A DNA stretch of 28,489 nucleotides from a virus (lineage: Duplodnaviria; Caudoviricetes). The stretch is from positions 1 through 28,489 of the IMG/VR virus record IMGVR_UViG_3300016471_000580. One strand, given 5' to 3'. Made by a program: the position numbers and the translations under genes. Shown in pieces: positions 15,172-21,673 of this stretch (within the stretch, counting starts at the first letter, position 1; each line of letters begins with the position of its first letter). The notes below the pieces were generated by a model. That model saw nothing but the letters and a program-made list of their open reading frames with translations, was not told where the DNA came from and searched no databases.

Positions 15172-15514
15172 ATCGGTCATCCACGGTCTCCCATACATCT
15201 CCGTCGGATATGAATCTATCGTGTTCGTCTCTAGGTGGTAATAGGAAGTAATCGTCGGGATTGGTCATGATATCCTCCCTTCGCTCTTTTGCAGGATTAT
15301 TACCCATTATGCCTGCCCTCGCCAACATACGGGCCTGTATCTGTTTTTTCGCCCTATGTTCCTCTGACTCATCCCGAGCCATGTATTCTTTCTGTTTCTG
15401 AGAGAATACCTTCTTATGCTCGTCTGTCCATTGTCTAGAATTAGCACAGGCCCGGGAGCAAAATGTTCCGGGTTTCTCATGTTCTGTATTACATTTAGGA
15501 CAGGTCTTCTTCAT
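15170..15514 (-). CDS. zinc-finger hypothetical protein
   Basis: CPKC...FCSRAC N-terminus; start set at MKKTCPKC. Confidence 0.7.
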   Translation of the reverse strand: MKKTCPKCNTEHEKPGTFCSRACANSRQWTDEHKKVFSQKQKEYMARDESEEHRAKKQIQARMLARAGIMGNNPAKERREDIMTNPDDYFLLPPRDEHDRFISDGDVWETVDDR

Positions 15515-15662
15515 CCTCATATGTGTCCAGTTGATCTTCATCCATACTAGATCCGCAGAAAGGGCAGTATTCTACATTGTAATAATCTTCATCGAGATCG
15601 TAATTTATCTTGAAGACGGCTCCACATTCGACGCATTCGTGATGTTGTTTCCTTCCGGCCAT
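15495..15662 (-). CDS. 55-aa zinc-ribbon protein with acidic tail
   Basis: Hand translation MAGRKQHHECVECGAVFKINYDLDEDYYNVEYCPFCGSSMDEDQLDTYEDEEDLS; CxxC...CPFCG; below the ORF-track cut-off. Confidence 0.75.
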   Translation of the reverse strand: MAGRKQHHECVECGAVFKINYDLDEDYYNVEYCPFCGSSMDEDQLDTYEDEEDLS

Positions 15663-16108
15663 ATCTGTTTGCTCCTCTTGATAGATTCTGCCTCGTAAAC
15701 GCGTTGCCTTAGATCTGATGAACTAAAGTAATGCTCTCGTTTATTATAATGTATGGTTATGCCCCTTTTATCGCATATCATCTTTCCTGTAAAATCCTTA
15801 TCCCTATATTCTTCCCCAATGATGCGAATATCTATCGGCAATGTCATGAGAATATCTTCAAGATCTTTCTCAGTAGTATATACAATTATTTCATCCACAT
15901 ACTTGCAAGCACCCACCTGTATCTGTCTTTCGATAATAGATTGAACAGGTTTATTTTTTGTCTGAGGCCTATCAATCGTCGGATCTAATTGTATTGCTAC
16001 AATTAAATGATCACACACCCTTTTCGCTTCTTCAAGCATTACCACATGCCCAGCATGGAAAAGATCAAAGGTTGATGCTGTAAATCCTATTCTTTTACCC
16101 ATTTTCAT
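15605..16108 (-). CDS. cytidylyltransferase (glycerol-3-phosphate cytidylyltransferase TagD-like)
   Basis: FTASTFDLFHAGH (HxGH), KPVQSIIER and FSSSDLR; start is 16108 or 16102. Confidence 0.85.
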   Translation of the reverse strand: MKMGKRIGFTASTFDLFHAGHVVMLEEAKRVCDHLIVAIQLDPTIDRPQTKNKPVQSIIERQIQVGACKYVDEIIVYTTEKDLEDILMTLPIDIRIIGEEYRDKDFTGKMICDKRGITIHYNKREHYFSSSDLRQRVYEAESIKRSKQIWPEGNNITNASNVEPSSR

Positions 16109-16607
16109 CTAACTCCTCCACTTCAATATTACATTTCTTTAGAAATTCAATACCATCATCAGAACGGTATTGACTACGATAAAATACTTTCCGTATGCCT
16201 GCAGTATATATTAACTTGGAACATTCCATACACGGAGAATATGTACAGTACATTGTAGCACCTTCACCTGACTCTGTTGATCTAGCTAATTTGGCTATCG
16301 CATTCATTTCGGCATGGATCACCTCAGGTTTCGTTACTCGCCTCGCCCAACCAACGGTTTCTTTCTCCGCACCGAAAACAAAACCTTGTGCGACCATCAA
16401 GGCAAAGTCTAAGTCCTCTGAATCTTCTATAAATTCTATTTCTTCGCATTCGTTAGTCCAGCCCGAGGGCATTCCGTTATATCCGATACTGAGAATGCGA
16501 TTGTCTTTAACAACTATCGCCCCGACTTTTAATCTCTTCGCTGAGGACAGTTTCGCATAGTTCTCGGCTGTCCTCATGTGTGCATGATCAAATTTATTAG
16601 CCACCAA
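16095..16607 (-). CDS. cd: dCMP deaminase
   Basis: KVGAIVVKD..ILSIGYNG, HAEMNAI and PCMEC zinc motifs. Confidence 0.92.
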   Translation of the reverse strand: MVANKFDHAHMRTAENYAKLSSAKRLKVGAIVVKDNRILSIGYNGMPSGWTNECEEIEFIEDSEDLDFALMVAQGFVFGAEKETVGWARRVTKPEVIHAEMNAIAKLARSTESGEGATMYCTYSPCMECSKLIYTAGIRKVFYRSQYRSDDGIEFLKKCNIEVEELDENG

Positions 16608-16803
16608 ATAACTCCGACATCGGTACAGGGCCCCATTTATCTATTGGGCATTTAGAGACAGGAGCTATGGTCTTGGGCCATAACGCACAACCGCACTTAC
16701 CGCAAGTATTAACTCCTACCATAACTTTTTTATGCTCGCAAGATTCACAAATTTCTCTGCGAATCTTTACATAACTTTTCAATTCATTTGAATCATCCAT
16801 CAT
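16597..16803 (-). CDS. small Cys-rich protein
   Basis: R..IC..C ... C..CGC ... K......CP..KW; start set at the ATGA overlap with the nrdB stop. Confidence 0.7.
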   Translation of the reverse strand: MMDDSNELKSYVKIRREICESCEHKKVMVGVNTCGKCGCALWPKTIAPVSKCPIDKWGPVPMSELFGG

Positions 16804-17807
16804 GCTGCTTTCCCCCAAACACTATCCCAATTACCAGACAACGCACCCTTCGCATAATCAGTAGCCCTATTCTCAAAGAAGTTAGTATGTGTGGGAGCAT
16901 TAATCATTTCTTCAACCCAGGGCAGAGGATTCTTTTTACGCTTGAAGATACCTTTCATACCCATAGAGATTAGTCTCCTATCTGCGATATAACGGATATA
17001 TTCCTTAACCTCTTCAGGTGTTAAGCCCTGAATTCCCCCCATGCTGAAAGATAGATCAATAAACTTGTCTTCAAGCTCGACCATCTTTTCCGCAATCCTA
17101 TAAATCTGTCCTTTAAGATCATCATTCCAGATCTCCTTATTCTCTTCGATATAGGTCCTAAATAATTTGATCATGCCCTCAGCATGCTGTGTCTCATCTA
17201 CGATAGACCAAGTAACGATCTGTCCCATGCCTTTCATCTTGCCCTGCCTCGGAAAGTTCAATAACATGATGAAGGATGAGAATAACTGCATGCCCTCAGT
17301 GAATGCTGAGAATGCTGCGATGTGTGTCGCAGTAGATTCCTTAGTTGAATTCTTAGATGAGATGTCCATGATATACTCATGCTTGTCTCGCATCTCCTGA
17401 TATTCTGCAAATTCGGAATAGGTCTTCTCTGGCATACCCAATGTCTCGATCAGATGAGAATATGCTGCGATATGTAATGCCTCCCTTGCAGCAAATCCAG
17501 CTAGCATCATACGAACTTCTGGCTGCGGGAAGTATGGTAGATAGTTCTTAACATAACCTCCAGCAACATCGATATCACCTTGGGTAAAGAAACGGAAGAT
17601 GTTAGTTAGGAAGTTCTTTTCCTCATCTGTCAATTTCTTCTTCCAATCCTTCACATCCTCAAGCATAGGAACTTCGGTATGTAACCAATGGCTCTGTTCA
17701 TGTTTCAACCAAGCATCATAGAAATGGGGGTATTTAAATGGTTTGAAATATGTACGCTCGTCTGTTAATTTTAAATCTTTAAATTCTTTATTTTGCGGTT
17801 TGTTCAT
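16800..17807 (-). CDS. nrdB: class I ribonucleotide reductase beta subunit
   Basis: FFTQGDIDV, REALHIAAY (radical Tyr position), EGMQLFSSF, DETQH and NFFENRATDY. Confidence 0.96.
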   Translation of the reverse strand: MNKPQNKEFKDLKLTDERTYFKPFKYPHFYDAWLKHEQSHWLHTEVPMLEDVKDWKKKLTDEEKNFLTNIFRFFTQGDIDVAGGYVKNYLPYFPQPEVRMMLAGFAAREALHIAAYSHLIETLGMPEKTYSEFAEYQEMRDKHEYIMDISSKNSTKESTATHIAAFSAFTEGMQLFSSFIMLLNFPRQGKMKGMGQIVTWSIVDETQHAEGMIKLFRTYIEENKEIWNDDLKGQIYRIAEKMVELEDKFIDLSFSMGGIQGLTPEEVKEYIRYIADRRLISMGMKGIFKRKKNPLPWVEEMINAPTHTNFFENRATDYAKGALSGNWDSVWGKAA

Positions 17808-18486
17808 TCTTTTTTTTCCTATTATAATTCCAATGTGGGGTCAATCTGCCTTTTATCCATCCGATCGGGCATTCATATAGCATTTTTGATTCTTCACCAT
17901 TGTTATACCATGTTCTACCCTTAGTGTAAGTATTACCTTTCGCAATTTCAGATTTTCTTTTTTTATTTTCTTCAGAATTTATTGATTGTTTGTGTTTTTT
18001 TCTTACATTATCATCAAACATAGGGTTATTTTTTTTCATTCTTTCAGATATTTTTAACTTTTCTTCAATACTCTTTGTAACTTTTTTATATTTTCTATTT
18101 TTTCTAGTTTCTGTTGCTTTTTTATGTACGTTATTCATAATTCCATCTGCCCATTGTATTTTCATGCGTTGCGATATTTTTTCTCTTCCTAGATCATCAT
18201 GTAATATTCCCGGAGATAAATTACGATTTATCATTAATTTTAAGAATTTATCTTTACCCAGTAAATGATAGCATTTTTTTAGATATCTTTTTTCATAGTT
18301 TCTAGCATCAGATCTAACAACAATTTTTTCAATAACAAACTCTGTCGATACCTTTGATTTTATATATGAATTTGATGTAAAATATGTTTTAAACAAATTA
18401 TTGGGGTTTGAAGATTTTCCATATTGGCATCCAACATAATATCTACCTGACGATATTTCTCGTATTTTATAAAAGTAAGGTTGCAT
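17788..18486 (-). CDS. free-standing GIY-YIG (Seg-like) homing endonuclease
   Basis: YFYKI...YYVG, YFTS and a basic C-terminal module with NNPM and WYNNG...GW.KGR; AT-rich (13/60 GC at 17941-18000 vs 28/60 at 17221-17280 in nrdB); overlaps the nrdB start. Confidence 0.75.
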   Translation of the reverse strand: MQPYFYKIREISSGRYYVGCQYGKSSNPNNLFKTYFTSNSYIKSKVSTEFVIEKIVVRSDARNYEKRYLKKCYHLLGKDKFLKLMINRNLSPGILHDDLGREKISQRMKIQWADGIMNNVHKKATETRKNRKYKKVTKSIEEKLKISERMKKNNPMFDDNVRKKHKQSINSEENKKRKSEIAKGNTYTKGRTWYNNGEESKMLYECPIGWIKGRLTPHWNYNRKKKNEQTAK

Positions 18487-18503
18487 TTTACTCCCCTTTC
18501 TTT

Positions 18504-18511
18504 TATTTATG
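18504..18511 (-). promoter_or_regulatory. late-promoter variant for the GIY-YIG homing endonuclease
   Basis: CATAAATA, then GGGGAG SD and ATG 18486. Confidence 0.65.
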
Positions 18512-18529
18512 GTCTAAGCATGAGAATCT

Positions 18530-18718
18530 TTACCTTGTTATTGTTTGTAATGCTTGTAACTGTTGTATAACTTCTTTAGGATCTTCTACGGTGACCGGAA
18601 CACAAATGCTATTTGGATTTAAATCCCTGTAATATTCGCATGATGATTTAGTAGGTAATATATCAATCAATGTTATCTTGTCCAGTACCACGAACACTAG
18701 TGCGTAGATTACTTTCAT
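18530..18718 (-). CDS. small hypothetical protein with two Cys
   Basis: GGAGG SD; overlaps the 3' end of the metallophosphoesterase gene. Confidence 0.55.
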   Translation of the reverse strand: MKVIYALVFVVLDKITLIDILPTKSSCEYYRDLNPNSICVPVTVEDPKEVIQQLQALQTITR

Positions 18719-19451
18719 TTTGCCTCCAGTAAATTATTTCCCATCTACCATCCATATGTTCAACTAAAGCACTGCATGATTCTACCCAATCACCGTCATT
18801 CATATAGATTACTCCATCTATCTTTTTTATCTCTGCGGTATGTATATGCCCGCAGATGACACCATCATAACCTTTACGCTTGCAGTAGTCTGCTAGATTC
18901 TTTTCAAATTTAAAAACAAAATCGACCGCCTTCTTTACTCGTCGTTTGAGATATCCGCTGAGACTCCAGTATCCGAGTCCGAATCCGTGTCTGATTCGGT
19001 TGTATCTGTTGTTGAGGGCGAGGACGAAGTCATAGGCTTTGTCGCCAAGGACCGCCAACCACGGAGCAAGTCTTGTGATACCATCGAACAAGTCACCATG
19101 TGTGACCAGGTAGCGTTTACCATCTGCTCCAACATGTTCGCATTGATTGTGTAGGTTGATGTTGCCAAAGTTGATATCGTACGGTAATAGTGGTCGTAAA
19201 AATTCATCATGATTCCCTGCTATGTAATTTATCTCAGTCTTCTTGCTTATCCGGAGTATCTTTCTGACGACATCGGTATGAGATTTCTTCCAGCGCCATT
19301 TGTTCTGCTGTATTCGCCATCCATCGATTATATCACCTATCAGATAAAGTTTGTCCGAAGAATTGTTCTTTAAAAAATCTAGTAATAGATCTGCCTTACA
19401 ATCATTGGTACCCAAATGTACGTCGGAAATAAAGATAGATCTATAATGCAT
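18663..19451 (-). CDS. calcineurin-like metallophosphoesterase, PlcP/LpxH2 (YbbF) family
   Basis: SDVHLG, GDIIDGW, GNHD, HGD, CGHIH and NDGDWVES motifs; start ATG 19451 (TGATG overlap). Confidence 0.88.
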   Translation of the reverse strand: MHYRSIFISDVHLGTNDCKADLLLDFLKNNSSDKLYLIGDIIDGWRIQQNKWRWKKSHTDVVRKILRISKKTEINYIAGNHDEFLRPLLPYDINFGNINLHNQCEHVGADGKRYLVTHGDLFDGITRLAPWLAVLGDKAYDFVLALNNRYNRIRHGFGLGYWSLSGYLKRRVKKAVDFVFKFEKNLADYCKRKGYDGVICGHIHTAEIKKIDGVIYMNDGDWVESCSALVEHMDGRWEIIYWRQNESNLRTSVRGTGQDNID

Positions 19452-19609
19452 CACCAATGCCTGATTACGTTAGCTATGATGAATAGGTTGGTTATTATAT
19501 ATAACAAAACAATCCCAGTCCGTATCAATGCTACCTTATCGGCATCATCATTAGAAGGAAAGGCCTTTTCTCCTAAAGCCTTCGCCCACATCGTCCAAAT
19601 TCTTTTCAT
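19451..19609 (-). CDS. 52-aa conserved phage membrane microprotein (WAKALGEK family)
   Basis: Hand translation MKRIWTMWAKALGEKAFPSNDDADKVALIRTGIVLLYIITNLFIIANVIRHW; overlaps at both ends. Confidence 0.8.
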   Translation of the reverse strand: MKRIWTMWAKALGEKAFPSNDDADKVALIRTGIVLLYIITNLFIIANVIRHW

Positions 19610-19737
19610 CTAACCGCCTCGGTATGTTTCTTTTTCAAGCTCTTGCGCATGATCTTAGACCAGATCTTTTTTTCTTTATCCTTATCATGCTGTAGGATGG
19701 CCTTATATAGTTTCAATATGAGATTTTTTATTTTCAT
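19606..19737 (-). CDS. 43-aa Lys-rich protein
   Basis: Hand translation MKIKNLILKLYKAILQHDKDKEKKIWSKIMRKSLKKKHTEAVR; TAATG and ATGA overlaps at its two ends. Confidence 0.7.
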   Translation of the reverse strand: MKIKNLILKLYKAILQHDKDKEKKIWSKIMRKSLKKKHTEAVR

Positions 19738-20408
19738 TATTCCCGATTCCCAAACAATTGTAGTAGCGAGACGAAGATATTGATAAAGTTAATATACAGG
19801 CTAAGGGCACCGAACCATTGCATGCGAGAAACTTCCTGTGAGGATTGATTCCAGAACATGTCTCGGATGCGATTCATATCATAGGCGGTGAGTCCCAAGA
19901 ATATCAAAATGGTTAGAACATTCAATGTCATCTGCAATGCGGTGCTTTCTACAAAGATACCTACAATGCTTGCTATGATCAAACCAATTACGCCTGCAAA
20001 CAGATATGGTCCCCACCCGGATAGATCGCGTTTGGTGAAATAACCCCAACCTGCAAGGGCCCCAAAACTAACAGTTGTGCCAACCAATGCCTGCACGATA
20101 CTTGCAGTTGTGAATATGGAAATCAGTAGACTCAAACTCACACCCATGACCGTAGCAAAAGCAAAGAACCAACTCTTGATTGTTCCTTCAGACATTTCTG
20201 AACCTTTCCAGGCAAGGAATAGGCTCATTAACAAAGGTGCAAAAATTATTACGTAACCGAGGATACCAGAAAATAATACCGGTACCAAACCTGCGGATGC
20301 GATTATGCCTGCGGATATGAATGTCAGGAACAACCCAAGAGTCATCCTGGAAAGTACTCCTGCTACTGCGGTATTTAGATTACTTGCGGTTGAAACGTAT
20401 GTATTCAT
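19737..20408 (-). CDS. Bax inhibitor-1 / YccA family membrane protein
   Basis: About 7 TM segments; GYFTKRDLS, LTAYD.NRI and ALSLYINFINIF.SLL family motifs. Confidence 0.9.
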   Translation of the reverse strand: MNTYVSTASNLNTAVAGVLSRMTLGLFLTFISAGIIASAGLVPVLFSGILGYVIIFAPLLMSLFLAWKGSEMSEGTIKSWFFAFATVMGVSLSLLISIFTTASIVQALVGTTVSFGALAGWGYFTKRDLSGWGPYLFAGVIGLIIASIVGIFVESTALQMTLNVLTILIFLGLTAYDMNRIRDMFWNQSSQEVSRMQWFGALSLYINFINIFVSLLQLFGNRE

Positions 20409-21035
20409 CTATTCCTCCTTAAATTTTCTCATAGTACCATCTGAATGTGCATGCCAAGCATGAAATTTAATATTCGGATATTCGTGTCTTAAAGAATTGA
20501 ATGCCCTAAGATTAGTTTTGCTATCATCATACATATGTGCTTCTCTAAAATTACCAGTATCCAAATGTTTTCTGATATAGACTAATTTTTTCTGTGCAGG
20601 TTGCTCATCACCTGTAATATTACCTGCTCTATGGACATGCACATTATCAATGTCTATACCATGCGATTTGAATTTATTTAAGAATTTATCTTTATCATCA
20701 AAATCTGCCCTGGCAGTATTCATAATAATTTTAGATTTACTACTAGGTTTATTCTTAATATTATTATGTATTGCTTTCAATTTTGCTATAGCAGGTCGTA
20801 TCGGCTTACTCTCATCTTTGAATTTATCTGACGAACGAAATTCGCTGAAATCATAACTATGCCCATGTTCTAGATTATGATCATTGAACTCTTGATTGGA
20901 AAGGCTTTTAACCACCTTTCCTTCCTCGTCTTTGACCTTTATCTTCGCGGTAGTGTGCATCAGTGTATCGTCGATATCGAAGATATGCAGACTACCTAAT
21001 CTATTTTCCCATAGGAATTGTTGTATCGATTTCAT
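20409..21035 (-). CDS. HAD-superfamily phosphatase-like protein
   Basis: IFDIDDTL (motif I), NTAR (motif II), conserved Lys and MYDDS..N (motif IV). Confidence 0.8.
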   Translation of the reverse strand: MKSIQQFLWENRLGSLHIFDIDDTLMHTTAKIKVKDEEGKVVKSLSNQEFNDHNLEHGHSYDFSEFRSSDKFKDESKPIRPAIAKLKAIHNNIKNKPSSKSKIIMNTARADFDDKDKFLNKFKSHGIDIDNVHVHRAGNITGDEQPAQKKLVYIRKHLDTGNFREAHMYDDSKTNLRAFNSLRHEYPNIKFHAWHAHSDGTMRKFKEE

Positions 21036-21616
21036 TTTATTTTATGATTGGAAACTATGCCATTTCTAATTCTTTTATATGGAGCCATTCCCGGAACGTA
21101 ACCCTGAGGTATTGGATCGTCTGGATATAGGTAAAGATTTTTAATTCCGTTATTATAAAATTTTCTTCCGGTAACATAACTTTTTCCTAAAAATGGATTT
21201 TTTTCTGGATATTTAATCATAGGATTTTCCGAACTTCTCATACGCTCACTAGCTTTTTTTCTCGACTTCTCGGATCGCCCAGGATTATATTCTCGAATTC
21301 GTTGTCTACATCCCTCGGAATAATATTTTTTAGCTCTTGCATATTGTATACTAGAAATTACTCTCCCATTTTTTTTATTCATTCTGGACATTTGATAGAA
21401 AGCAAATTTTAATTTCCAAATATTAGGATACATCTTTGCTAAAAGCCAATGTGCTATGTAATGTTCTTTGGCAGTTAACACTACCAAATTTTCTTTATTG
21501 TTTTTACCTCCCATACACTTAGGCAAGATGTGATGAGTTTCATAATATTCCCCCTCCTTCACTATTCTATTATTCCTAGAAGTAACTAAATTTTGATAAT
21601 GTTTTTTGTAATTCAT
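21032..21616 (-). CDS. free-standing HNH (Mob-like) homing endonuclease
   Basis: YYETHHILPKCMGG.N..ENLV.LTAKEHYIAHWLL; lies directly downstream of nrdA, as mobE does in T4. Confidence 0.88.
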   Translation of the reverse strand: MNYKKHYQNLVTSRNNRIVKEGEYYETHHILPKCMGGKNNKENLVVLTAKEHYIAHWLLAKMYPNIWKLKFAFYQMSRMNKKNGRVISSIQYARAKKYYSEGCRQRIREYNPGRSEKSRKKASERMRSSENPMIKYPEKNPFLGKSYVTGRKFYNNGIKNLYLYPDDPIPQGYVPGMAPYKRIRNGIVSNHKIK

Positions 21617-21672
21617 TTTACCCCTCGCAAGTTTATTTTATTTATAAATTTTTACCTTGCGAGGGGTAAAAT
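21615..21672. repeat. 17-bp perfect inverted repeat (RBS-sequestering hairpin)
   Basis: ATTTTACCCCTCGCAAG (21615-21631) and CTTGCGAGGGGTAAAAT (21656-21672) with a 24-nt loop; one arm contains the HNH gene SD and the first two bases of its ATG. Confidence 0.92.
21639..21646 (-). promoter_or_regulatory. T4-type late promoter inside the hairpin loop
   Basis: TATAAATA between the two arms. Confidence 0.85.
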
Positions 21673-21673
21673 T

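Noticed and set aside
18487-18529. RBS-sequestering hairpin for the GIY-YIG endonuclease
   Set aside because: Only a weak 6-bp pairing with two G-U pairs (ATTCTC with GGGAGT) was found, which is not convincing.
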